Source: a virus (Duplodnaviria > Caudoviricetes). From it: 64,000 bases of DNA. The stretch is taken from IMG/VR virus record IMGVR_UViG_3300018080_000179, positions 1,122 through 65,121 of that record, one strand, 5' to 3'. Of this stretch, positions 7,958 through 16,818 are shown in pieces. Below the pieces are notes generated by a model. That model searched no databases. It worked only from the letters and a program-made list of their open reading frames with translations, and had not been told where the DNA came from. A program made the position numbers and the translations under genes. Positions within the stretch are counted from its first letter, which is position 1. Every line of letters starts with the position of its first letter.

Positions 7958-8175
7958 TGACGCATGTCCCTCCCACCTACACGGGGATAGTCGTTCTGAT
8001 CGGCTCCCACCAACTTCCACTTCATCAACGGCTCTTCATCGAATACAGCCGGGACGGTGAGACGAAAAGGATACAGGCTCCAAAAGGTGCACAGGTGGGA
8101 CAGCGCTACAAAATGACCTGGCACCGTCATCCGGGCGACTGGCAGCTAATACCGATAGGAGATAAAGAGGGATGA
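7957..8175 (+). CDS. hypothetical protein
   Basis: Translationally coupled ORF with SD GAGG. Confidence 0.6.
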   Translation: MTHVPPTYTGIVVLIGSHQLPLHQRLFIEYSRDGETKRIQAPKGAQVGQRYKMTWHRHPGDWQLIPIGDKEG

Positions 8176-8369
8176 CGAGGTTTCTGCAAGGCTTCATGTC
8201 GGCCCTGATCGTTGTTGCTATTATTCGCAATGATTTCAAGGGGATCATATTGGGTTCACTTGTGATATTGGTCACATTGTTTATTGAGGGCTTTTATGAA
8301 AAAGACGAAGAAGTGGAAGACGAAGACAAGAAAGATAACACCAAGCATCCAGGAAATCCTCCACGGTGA
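8172..8369 (+). CDS. small two-TM membrane protein
   Basis: Two hydrophobic segments and an acidic tail; ATGA overlap. Confidence 0.6.
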   Translation: MTRFLQGFMSALIVVAIIRNDFKGIILGSLVILVTLFIEGFYEKDEEVEDEDKKDNTKHPGNPPR

Positions 8370-9876
8370 CTGTTTTGAACAGACCAGAATATTGAAGCCC
8401 AACTCGCTGGACGCGCTGATCTGTGATCCTCCGGCAGGGATTTCCATTATTGGAAAGGATTGGGATTCGGATCTGGGTGGAGCCCACAAATGGATCAAGT
8501 GGATGGAAACGCTGTTCATGGAGATCCACCGGGTGCTCAAGCCCGGAGCCCACGGGCTTGTATGGGCGCTTCCACGGACTTCACACTGGACGGCCACCGC
8601 GCTTGAGAACGCTGGTTTTGAAATAAGGGATGTTGTCAACCATCTCTTTGGCAGTGGATTCCCAAAGTCCCAGAACATGGCAAAGGCCATAGACAAGCAT
8701 TTCGGGGTAGAGCCCGAAGTGGTCGCAACCAGAAAGGGCACGAAGCGTCCGGCAAACAAGAAGGACTCGTCAGCCAATATTCCCATGAACACAAGTCCGG
8801 GCGATGAGAACGGGCAGACCTATGTGAATATAACCAGGCCGGTAACACGACAGGCTGCACGCTGGGACGGCTGGGGGAGTGGGCTGAAGCCCTCCAGTGA
8901 AAACTGGATCCTTGTAAGGAAACCCTTGAGCGGGTCCATAGTGGACAACGTGCTGAAATGGGGTACCGGGGCGCTGAACATAGACGGCTGCCGCATAGGC
9001 ACTCCCCTTCCAAACACCCCGCCCAAGAGAGGAAAGGGTGGAGGCGACAAGCGTGGCGGCACCGGCATATTCCAAAGGTTCAGGCCACACCCCGGACGAC
9101 AGGAACCGAAGGGGCGCTGGCCAGCCAATCTTGTTCTCTCGCATCATCCCGAATGCTACCAGGTCGGATTGAAGGAGGTGAGGGGCACGAAGGGCTGCGA
9201 TGAGGTAAAGGGCAAAAAGCCGGTAGCTGATTCCGGACTTCTGAAGGGCAAGGGTGAGCTTGGGTACAGGTCGGGTCATGCCGACGAGAACGGCTTTGAA
9301 ACCGTTGAGGACTGGTGCTGTCATCCCGAATGCCCGGTTCGAATAATGGACGAGCAGAGCGGAACGTCCACATCCACACCCATGAAGGGTGGAGGCATTG
9401 TAACAAAGAGAAGCACCTGGGCGATAACCCAGAAGGGTGGCAAGGCGATAAGGGCCGGTCACGATCATAACGATTCCGGTGGGGCGAGCAGGTTCTTTTA
9501 CTGCGCCAAGCCATCGGTGGCCGAGCGCAATGCTGGCTGTGAAGCGCTGGATGAGAAGGTGGCTGGAGGGTATGAGTTCAACCAGGACGGCTCGCTCACG
9601 GGACATGTTACAATGAGTAGAAATACACATCCCACCGTGAAGCCGATAGCCCTGATGAAGTATCTGATAAAGATGATCACCCCACACGGCGGGACAGTGT
9701 TTGACCCGTTTGCCGGATCGGGAACCACGCTTCTGGCGGCCCGCGAGCTTGGACTGAATGCCATAGGCATAGAGCGCGAGGCTGAATATGTCCAGATCAT
9801 AAAGGCCCGTCTCGGCAGTTGCGGTGCCGCAACCGGCAGGAGGCGGAAGGACAGGGAAGCCGAAAACCCAACTTAA
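8296..9876 (+). CDS. DNA methyltransferase, N6-adenine/N4-cytosine (N6_N4_Mtase) family
   Basis: ILHGDC, ICDPP, RVLKPG, GSGFPKS, GRWPAN, SRFFYCAK, HPTVKPIALMKYLI and FDPFAGSGTT motifs. Confidence 0.92.
   Translation: MKKTKKWKTKTRKITPSIQEILHGDCFEQTRILKPNSLDALICDPPAGISIIGKDWDSDLGGAHKWIKWMETLFMEIHRVLKPGAHGLVWALPRTSHWTATALENAGFEIRDVVNHLFGSGFPKSQNMAKAIDKHFGVEPEVVATRKGTKRPANKKDSSANIPMNTSPGDENGQTYVNITRPVTRQAARWDGWGSGLKPSSENWILVRKPLSGSIVDNVLKWGTGALNIDGCRIGTPLPNTPPKRGKGGGDKRGGTGIFQRFRPHPGRQEPKGRWPANLVLSHHPECYQVGLKEVRGTKGCDEVKGKKPVADSGLLKGKGELGYRSGHADENGFETVEDWCCHPECPVRIMDEQSGTSTSTPMKGGGIVTKRSTWAITQKGGKAIRAGHDHNDSGGASRFFYCAKPSVAERNAGCEALDEKVAGGYEFNQDGSLTGHVTMSRNTHPTVKPIALMKYLIKMITPHGGTVFDPFAGSGTTLLAARELGLNAIGIEREAEYVQIIKARLGSCGAATGRRRKDREAENPT
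9818..9833. promoter_or_regulatory. 16-bp palindrome GTTGCGG-NN-CCGCAAC (copy 2)
   Basis: GTTGCGGTGCCGCAAC, the exact reverse complement of copy 1, with identical flanks CA...CGGCA. Confidence 0.5.
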
Positions 9877-9938
9877 TCTTGTGCGAACGCCTTTCGACAA
9901 ATATACTGTAATTGAACCAACCTTGGGAGCCTCCTGAA

Positions 9939-10493
9939 ATGAGTCCTACAGTAGAACCCGGCCCCTCTTTGGAAACCATCGATGTAGGTGAATACCAGGA
10001 CAATCCCATTGCCCTGTTCGGGCTGATTTTGGAAAGACTCAGCCATTTTCGGGTCGAGGAGGACTTCGACCCCTCTGTGGACGGTTACAACGCACCACGG
10101 GGCTGTTTGCTGCAGATAGCGGCAAATGGACAGCACTGGCAGAAGACCGGCACGGGCCGCAAGGACTGGTCGCTTCTGGGGACCGGCGGTACCGTGGTCA
10201 CGAAGTATCTGGACCTCACCGACACACCAGCCGACTACACGGGACAACAGAAGAAGATTCTGGCCGTAAACGCCACGGCCAACGGACAGGTCTTCTCACC
10301 GGCCACAATAGACGCCAGTGGAAACATCGACACACCGGGCGAGATGTCCATAAAGGTCTATTCACAGAACAGCGAGCCCGTGCTTGGGGCTGCAAACCGC
10401 ATGGCGATATGGATTGACACGGACGACAACAACAGAACATATTTGATATTCCGGCGGGGCGTCGGTGATCAGATTTCAGTCGAACTGGCATAA
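9939..10493 (+). CDS. virion accessory/fibre-like protein
   Basis: YLDLTDTPADYTGQQKKILAVN is a fibre-type repeat unit; DPSVDGYNAPRG...WQKTG N-terminal motif. Confidence 0.65.
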   Translation: MSPTVEPGPSLETIDVGEYQDNPIALFGLILERLSHFRVEEDFDPSVDGYNAPRGCLLQIAANGQHWQKTGTGRKDWSLLGTGGTVVTKYLDLTDTPADYTGQQKKILAVNATANGQVFSPATIDASGNIDTPGEMSIKVYSQNSEPVLGAANRMAIWIDTDDNNRTYLIFRRGVGDQISVELA

Positions 10494-10506
10494 AGGGGTA
10501 TTCCTA

Positions 10507-11070
10507 ATGAATTTTGTATTCGCCTTCAAGATCACGCTGCGTCCATGCTGGCCGTGGTCCAAAAAGCATCCCGGCTTCCTTTCAATCTTCTGGTTTCATT
10601 TTCTGATCAAGATAGGCAGATATGTTCAGATCATCAATCCGAAGTTTCAGACGGTCCTTTCGGTTGAGGAGTCCAAGTGGCGCGAGGCCATGAAGACAGC
10701 CGATCCCACAAAGAGGGCCAGCCTTCAGCCGGGTGACAGGCCGCTGCCGAAGGGCTACAGGGAGATGGACCATGTGGACGGGCTGTTCAATGTGGACGAG
10801 GGGAAGCCTCTCCAGCCGGGGAACACACGCGAGGAGGACAAGGAGCTTGAGGAGAAGGTGAAGGACATGCCTTTTGTTCACAGGTTCTTCGGCTCCATGC
10901 TGCTGCTTGGAAACACCCCGATCATCCGCAACCTCGATAGAACCATGCATGAAATGGAAATAATGGAGAACGGGCAGGTCTACATCGACAAGAAGGTTCA
11001 CAACATCAACCCACACGATCTGCTGCGGCTGAAACTCGAACTGATTAAAAACAGAAAGAAAAGCGACTAA
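10507..11070 (+). CDS. hypothetical protein
   Basis: ATG 10507 after AAGGGG; 187-aa ORF. Confidence 0.6.
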   Translation: MNFVFAFKITLRPCWPWSKKHPGFLSIFWFHFLIKIGRYVQIINPKFQTVLSVEESKWREAMKTADPTKRASLQPGDRPLPKGYREMDHVDGLFNVDEGKPLQPGNTREEDKELEEKVKDMPFVHRFFGSMLLLGNTPIIRNLDRTMHEMEIMENGQVYIDKKVHNINPHDLLRLKLELIKNRKKSD

Positions 11071-11073
11071 CAG

Positions 11074-11640
11074 ATGCCTGACTATCGCTCTCCAAACGGG
11101 CCTCCGCCCTTCGCCGATGTTACATGTGACGAACTCTTTGAGGTTCTGGTCGACCGGATAGACAAGCCTCACGAGTACACCCACATAATAGCCGAACTGA
11201 TATGCAATGCCCTTGGGTCTGCGGGGACCAACATTGAGTTTGTCGACGGCGTCCCGATGATTCCCGATCCCAACCGTGGGAAGATCCTGAGCCTTGCACG
11301 GCCAATCATCACGGCAGGCGACTTCGGTTTGGGTGTAAAGGACCGGTATCTGTCCATCGAGGACGTTCCAACGGCTGGCAGACAGGGTGTGCGGCTTCTA
11401 AGGCCCTGCACCATAACCGGCTTGTCGGGTCAGTCGCGGTCGACTGGAGACTGGATTCTGGAGATAAGAAAGAACGGGGCGGCCGTGACGGTCGCATCCC
11501 TGAATGTCACTGGAGGGTCCGCCGATGACTCCAACATGGACATCGACATGGACGAAGGTGATATACTTCAGGTAATGGGCATAGGCACGGGAATACAACA
11601 TCCGCTGGCAGCCGTGGAGCTTGCGTGGCGGAAGCTTTGA
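11074..11640 (+). CDS. virion accessory protein (C-terminal beta domain shared with 11654-13168)
   Basis: GVRLLRPCTITG...EIRKNG...DIDMDEGDILQV paralogous to the C-terminus of the next gene. Confidence 0.7.
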   Translation: MPDYRSPNGPPPFADVTCDELFEVLVDRIDKPHEYTHIIAELICNALGSAGTNIEFVDGVPMIPDPNRGKILSLARPIITAGDFGLGVKDRYLSIEDVPTAGRQGVRLLRPCTITGLSGQSRSTGDWILEIRKNGAAVTVASLNVTGGSADDSNMDIDMDEGDILQVMGIGTGIQHPLAAVELAWRKL

Positions 11641-11653
11641 TCAGGAGGGTATC

Positions 11654-13168
11654 ATGGGCTTTTTCAGGGTAACAGAACCGAACGTGGGACCGGTTGCATT
11701 GAATGATCTGGGCATCACCATAGCCCAGGCTGCGGCGGCTGTGGTTCTTTCCGATCAGTTCACGGCGCAGGAGCTTGTCCGGTCGGCGGATATGGAGGCT
11801 GCGATAATCGGCGGAGACCTTACGGTTGAGATCGATTACGGCACAGGCTATCAGTCCGTTGCTGCGGGGGACTATACAAACCGCGACTGTCTTGCCGCCT
11901 TCCTGAACGTCTATGAGATTACCAATGAAAACAACAACGAGGATCTGGTTGACGGCTCCGAGGTGAATGCGAGCGGTCCTTCAGGCAATCCCCTCCATAT
12001 TCATGACGGGCGCTACTACACCGAAACGGAGCTTTCAGGTGCGGGTGGCGCAGGGCTCATTGGTGCCAACACTTCAGGCTGTCCCATTTCAAGTGCCTCA
12101 ACCATGCAGGGTTATGCCGACGACCTGTGTGCGGCCATAAACGCTGTAGCCCCTGATCTGGACGATGTCTACGACAACGATTCGGACGGCATACTGAATG
12201 TCGACGGGACCACGAAGGATCTGGAATTCAGATCCAACGATGCAAACGATGTATCCATTACCCGAAACGACGGATCGAACGTTCAGGACTTCCTCCGGGC
12301 CGATGTATCTGCCGATGAGCTTCTTTTGGGGGCCCTGGCTGACGCTACAAACCCACAGGTCGACGTACGCGTTTTGAGCGACCTGTATGTGGATGGAAAC
12401 ATTACGTTTGTCGGGACCATCACGGATACCACTGTAAACGAGGTCAACGTCACAAACGCCAACATCATCCTTCGTGAAGGTGCGACGACGGGCGCTGACG
12501 CTTCCCTTCAGGTGGAGCGGGGTACGACGGGTGCGGACGCGAACCTCAGATGGAATGAAACAGCCGACCGCTGGATGGCCGGTCTTGAAGGTGCCGACTA
12601 CACCATAGCCCTTCTTGAAGTGGATGAGACTGTGTCGGGCGTTTGGAACTTCGGCGGCGATGACGACACCGAGCCAAACTTCTGGCTGGTTGAGAAAGAC
12701 CCCACATCCCCTCCAAGCTCCAACCTGGGCGCTGCAGGGCAGATTCCTGTAGCCATGATGGAGGACGGCATCATAGCCGTTTACGACAAGTCCAACTCCA
12801 GAAACAAGTGGCTGTCCACACAGCGCGAGCACATCGTGGTAACCGGCAGAAACACCGCCACAAACAAAAACGAGTATCTGTGGTCAAGTCGGGTCAACCT
12901 CATGCAGTCCGGCATACGGATGAAGAGGGATGCCACCCTGGTTGCGGCCTCTGCCCAGCTAGGCGCTTCGGGAACCTGCAACTTCCGGATAAGGAAGAAC
13001 GGTGTGGCCACAAACCTTGCCACACTTGCGGTAACGGCGGCCACAGGCAATGAAGACAACACGCTCAACCTGGATGTGAACAAGGGTGATTATGTCCAGT
13101 TCTACCTTGAAGCCGGTGCAAACATAGACACCCCGATCCTTCAAACGGAATGGGCCTACAGGTATTGA
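11654..13168 (+). CDS. virion fibre/decoration protein
   Basis: HIHDGRYYTETEL fibre motif, LQVERG...LRWNETADRW shaft motif, acidic; SD AGGAGG. Confidence 0.8.
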   Translation: MGFFRVTEPNVGPVALNDLGITIAQAAAAVVLSDQFTAQELVRSADMEAAIIGGDLTVEIDYGTGYQSVAAGDYTNRDCLAAFLNVYEITNENNNEDLVDGSEVNASGPSGNPLHIHDGRYYTETELSGAGGAGLIGANTSGCPISSASTMQGYADDLCAAINAVAPDLDDVYDNDSDGILNVDGTTKDLEFRSNDANDVSITRNDGSNVQDFLRADVSADELLLGALADATNPQVDVRVLSDLYVDGNITFVGTITDTTVNEVNVTNANIILREGATTGADASLQVERGTTGADANLRWNETADRWMAGLEGADYTIALLEVDETVSGVWNFGGDDDTEPNFWLVEKDPTSPPSSNLGAAGQIPVAMMEDGIIAVYDKSNSRNKWLSTQREHIVVTGRNTATNKNEYLWSSRVNLMQSGIRMKRDATLVAASAQLGASGTCNFRIRKNGVATNLATLAVTAATGNEDNTLNLDVNKGDYVQFYLEAGANIDTPILQTEWAYRY

Positions 13169-13259
13169 TTTCGTATAACCGGGTGGGAGAATACTGTCGG
13201 ACGTTTCGAGCCAGCGTTCTGAAATAACTGGCTCACCAATCGTACTGGAGGTTATTGGA

Positions 13260-13625
13260 ATGGAAGCGGTAGCAAATACTGATCAGCCGGTCACAGACAT
13301 CACGGTGGACACGGCACTGAAGCTCACGAGGACAGAGTGGACAATCTACTGGAAGACGAAGTATGAGGGTGCGGTTCAGCGCATAGCGAGTGCGAAGATA
13401 CTGGCGGGCAAGGTTCACGCGGAGATGCTGGCCCTGAAGCAGGAGCACGAGAAGACCGAGAAGCTGCTGAAGGAGAGGGCGCAGGAAATCGAAGGACTGA
13501 AGCTGGAGAATGCGACCCTTTCGGAACAGAACGCAATCCTGACCGGCAGGTCCAAATCGAAGGCCTCCACAAAGGTTACGGTGGCGAAGAAGAAAAAGAA
13601 GAAGGCGGTGCGGAAGAGGAAATGA
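13260..13625 (+). CDS. coiled-coil protein with a Lys-rich tail
   Basis: SD GGAGG; heptad region followed by KKKKKKAVRKRK. Confidence 0.7.
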   Translation: MEAVANTDQPVTDITVDTALKLTRTEWTIYWKTKYEGAVQRIASAKILAGKVHAEMLALKQEHEKTEKLLKERAQEIEGLKLENATLSEQNAILTGRSKSKASTKVTVAKKKKKKAVRKRK

Positions 13626-13756
13626 TGGGAGCGCTGGAAATCATGTTTGACCGTCTTCAGGAGCGCATAAAGAAGGCTTCACGGGAGGAGCTGGAATACA
13701 TGGAGAAGAGGCTGTTTGCCCTTCTTGAACTCGTTAGAAAGAGGCTTGGAAAGTAA
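13622..13756 (+). CDS. small helical protein (44 aa; not in ORF track)
   Basis: ATGA overlap upstream and TAATG downstream; MMGALEIMFDRLQERIKK... Confidence 0.55.
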   Translation: MMGALEIMFDRLQERIKKASREELEYMEKRLFALLELVRKRLGK

Positions 13757-14748
13757 TGGGTCTTTTCGTTGACACTACCGGGTCGAATGTGGACATCCAG
13801 GAGCTTGGGATTACGCTTGTCCATCCGATCACCGATTACGATCTGAGTGGCAAGTTTTCTCCAGACGATCTGCGGGACGCGGGCTCCCTCACGGCGGCCA
13901 TACTCGCGGGTGATTTGAACTGGAAAAAGACCAGCGGTGGAACCATAGAGCCCAACGCCGAATATGATGCGGACATAGTGGACATTGACAATGAGAACCT
14001 GGGGCCGGGGAAGCAGGACGACCGTTCCGTCACCTTCAAGGATCTGGGACACTCGCATGAGTGGGGTGACTTTCCATCGAGGGTCGTTTTCAGCCAGTCC
14101 CCCCACATCAACGGTGTGCTGTGGTGGCTTGGCTGGTATCTTGAAACCGACACGGCACAGGCGGTCACCAGTGCTGTACCCTACACCTCTGTTGAAAAGT
14201 TTTATCACAGCCATCTGGTAATGGATGTGGGCGGGGCCAACGGCCTTCCGTTTACGGTCAGGGTTACCGGAATGAGCGTCGACGAAACAACGGGCAACAC
14301 AACGGCTGGCGACACCGAAGACATTTCCGTTACTGCAAACGGTTATTACCAGACCAGCAAGACATGGATCGACGAGCCGGAGTTGAGCATTGTTGAAGCG
14401 TCCAAGGAGTTTGAGGCCAACATTTACCGGACAAGCTATTGGGATCAGGGAAACACCGATTTCAATGTATTTGGAATGAGGCTGGAGTTTCAGCCGGATT
14501 CGCAGAACTGGGAGATTGATGTAAAGCTTTCCAAGCTGAACAATGACGGCTCCCTGACCCTGATAGACCAGAATACTTATGCCTTTAACGATGCGGTTCT
14601 CAGGGCGGACAAGGACAAGCCCGGAGGCCACAAGCGGCTTGATTATGATATCGATGTACTTGGGTCCGAACACGAGGGGCTTATTCTGGAGGTGAACCAG
14701 ACGGGCATGAAGCACATATTTTATGAATTGAAGCTGGGAGGGGCGTAA
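13756..14748 (+). CDS. virion structural protein (N-terminal module shared with 11654)
   Basis: VDIQELGITL...LSGKFSPDDLRDAGSLTAAILAGDL resembles VALNDLGITI...LSDQFTAQELVRSADMEAAIIGGDL. Confidence 0.7.
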   Translation: MGLFVDTTGSNVDIQELGITLVHPITDYDLSGKFSPDDLRDAGSLTAAILAGDLNWKKTSGGTIEPNAEYDADIVDIDNENLGPGKQDDRSVTFKDLGHSHEWGDFPSRVVFSQSPHINGVLWWLGWYLETDTAQAVTSAVPYTSVEKFYHSHLVMDVGGANGLPFTVRVTGMSVDETTGNTTAGDTEDISVTANGYYQTSKTWIDEPELSIVEASKEFEANIYRTSYWDQGNTDFNVFGMRLEFQPDSQNWEIDVKLSKLNNDGSLTLIDQNTYAFNDAVLRADKDKPGGHKRLDYDIDVLGSEHEGLILEVNQTGMKHIFYELKLGGA

Positions 14749-15107
14749 TGCACAAGTATTCTAAATACAATTACGTTTCATCCGGGGAGAAGCGCACCAA
14801 CAGCACAGAGTACGAGGCGCTTGACGGATTCCCCTACCCTGGAAAGACCGAAGAGGCCATCCCTGTTTCATTCCGCATGCGGGCGATGATTCAGGAAGGG
14901 GCCGCTAATGCGTCCATTAGAATATTCGATGTGGACAATGGCGAGGTGATCTGTGAGAAGACGGATGTAAGCCTGAATGAATACGGGATGATCGATCTGG
15001 GAGCGATAGACAACCTGCCCGACGAAGAGGCCTATTTCGAGGTTCAGGCAAAGTCCGGAACATCCGGCAAGTATGTTTATGTGACGAATGTCGTCTATGC
15101 CCTGTAG
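14748..15107 (+). CDS. small beta-rich virion-associated protein
   Basis: TAATG coupling; acidic beta-strand composition. Confidence 0.65.
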   Translation: MHKYSKYNYVSSGEKRTNSTEYEALDGFPYPGKTEEAIPVSFRMRAMIQEGAANASIRIFDVDNGEVICEKTDVSLNEYGMIDLGAIDNLPDEEAYFEVQAKSGTSGKYVYVTNVVYAL

Positions 15108-15116
15108 GAGAACGGG

Positions 15117-16004
15117 ATGATAGTTTACAAGTACCGCGTCTGGTGTGAGACTGAAGAGGCTTACAAGTATGTCTGGAGCCCAACCGTCCCAACCGTCTGT
15201 CCCGACAATTCCGGACACTCCATAACCACATCCGGTCCACGTCAGCCGGTCGTGGTCAACATGGCGGGTGGAGAGGCCGAAACCACGGACGGCAAGCATT
15301 ACGTTCACGACACCTGCCGACCGCTTGGAACCTACACCTACTTCACCTCACGCGACGATGACCACACTGACCCGCATGCGGTTGGTGGATCAGATGAAAA
15401 CACCATTGACCTGAAGTGGGACCATCCCGCGTCGGAGGGGAACAATCCTGAAGTGGTTTATCTGGATTTCAACACCATAAACAATGAAACCCATGTCAGG
15501 CAGGGCGATATAATGTGGAAGGACGCGCAGCTTGGCGACAACCTTTCCTTCAGCATAGTACCGAAGACAACCAGCTATTCGGCGGACACAAACACCAACT
15601 TCGACCTATACGGCGGATACCTCATTATCCCGGCAGCCGGGGACGGGACGATATCCGTTGCAAACGAGGACATGGTGCTGGTGCAGAATGTCCCGAATGA
15701 ATACGGAAACCTTGCAGCGGGCTACTGGGACGCGGACTGGAATACGACCACCAAGCAGTTTGAGAACATTGTGGCCAACCCATACGGGACCGGCGAATAC
15801 AACATGTTTGGACTCGAGGTGAAGCTCCACTGCTTCATGCAGCGGAGACAGCTTCTGGGATCGGGCCGGAAGGACTGCATGACAAACGACATAGCCCGCC
15901 TTGGCCACCACATGAGAATGAAGATCGAGGCCAGGACAGCCGGTACCGACCATGCCTGGTCGGGCAATGGCACGCTCATGATGTACAGGAAGAAGACGAC
16001 TTGA
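15117..16004 (+). CDS. virion structural protein
   Basis: SD AGGAG; YRVWCETE...PTVCP N-terminal motif; acidic and beta-rich. Confidence 0.7.
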   Translation: MIVYKYRVWCETEEAYKYVWSPTVPTVCPDNSGHSITTSGPRQPVVVNMAGGEAETTDGKHYVHDTCRPLGTYTYFTSRDDDHTDPHAVGGSDENTIDLKWDHPASEGNNPEVVYLDFNTINNETHVRQGDIMWKDAQLGDNLSFSIVPKTTSYSADTNTNFDLYGGYLIIPAAGDGTISVANEDMVLVQNVPNEYGNLAAGYWDADWNTTTKQFENIVANPYGTGEYNMFGLEVKLHCFMQRRQLLGSGRKDCMTNDIARLGHHMRMKIEARTAGTDHAWSGNGTLMMYRKKTT

Positions 16005-16036
16005 ACCATCCGTTGAAAATCATAAAGGAGGCCGAA

Positions 16037-16171
16037 GTGGTACAACTGCCACCAAGGGGAACAAAAACCGAAGAGTTGAAGTGCAAAAAGTGTGGCAAGA
16101 CGCCGAAGGAGTGCAAGCCCAAGGATTGCACCGACGCTGAATGCCCCTACAAGCAGGAGGCTGGGGAATGA
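16037..16171 (+). CDS. small Cys-rich protein (44 aa; not in ORF track)
   Basis: GTG after AAGGAGG; MVQLPPRGTKTEELKCKKCGKTPKECKPKDCTDAECPYKQEAGE; ATGA overlap with the next gene. Confidence 0.6.
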   Translation: MVQLPPRGTKTEELKCKKCGKTPKECKPKDCTDAECPYKQEAGE

Positions 16172-16806
16172 TATCCCGACTCGGTGGAAGACTTCTCTAC
16201 TGGATCCTCCGGTCAAGCACCGGCAGGGACATGCTTTCGATAATAAACAGGGTGGGAATCAAGGGCCACCTTCTGGACGGCAATGCCCATGAGATAGCCG
16301 AATGCTACACCGTACCCGGTGACATTATTCTGGTCCGGGCCGAGTTTGAAGGTACGACCGCGCTTCAGGCTTCCGACTATACACACCTCGCCATACGCGG
16401 CTCACAGAAGCTCATGCCAATTGGCCCGCAATACAGGGAGAGCATGGTTTCGACCATAGTCCATTCCACGGGTCTGCCCGGTGTCCATACCGCCAACATC
16501 AAAGAGCTCTTCGTGGGGATCAGCGCCATAGCCGGTTTGAGGCTCCCGTGGGGATGGGAAGACCGCGAGAGGGTCTGGAAGAGGGCCTGTTACTATGAGG
16601 CCGAGGGTATTGGCTATGACTGGGAATTCTCCAGCACCAAGGAGGACATGTATTGCTCCGAGCTTGGTCTTCACTGTATAAACGACATAAGGCCCGATTA
16701 CCTGAATCTGCGCGACAGGTATGGGGAGCTTACCATAACCCCTGACGACTTCAGGAAGGCGGTGGAGGCAGGGAAGTTCAAACTTCTGTTTGAAGAAAAA
16801 GCGTAA
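16168..16806 (+). CDS. permuted papain-like NlpC/P60 (YiiX/YebB-like) cysteine hydrolase
   Basis: PGDIILVR, YTHLAI (His first), GIGYDWEF, MYCSEL (Cys second), ITPDDF. Confidence 0.85.
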   Translation: MISRLGGRLLYWILRSSTGRDMLSIINRVGIKGHLLDGNAHEIAECYTVPGDIILVRAEFEGTTALQASDYTHLAIRGSQKLMPIGPQYRESMVSTIVHSTGLPGVHTANIKELFVGISAIAGLRLPWGWEDRERVWKRACYYEAEGIGYDWEFSSTKEDMYCSELGLHCINDIRPDYLNLRDRYGELTITPDDFRKAVEAGKFKLLFEEKA

Positions 16807-16818
16807 ACTGGAATTCAC

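Noticed and set aside
8770-9900. 376-aa minus-strand ORF
   Set aside because: Antisense shadow of the methyltransferase; no motifs.
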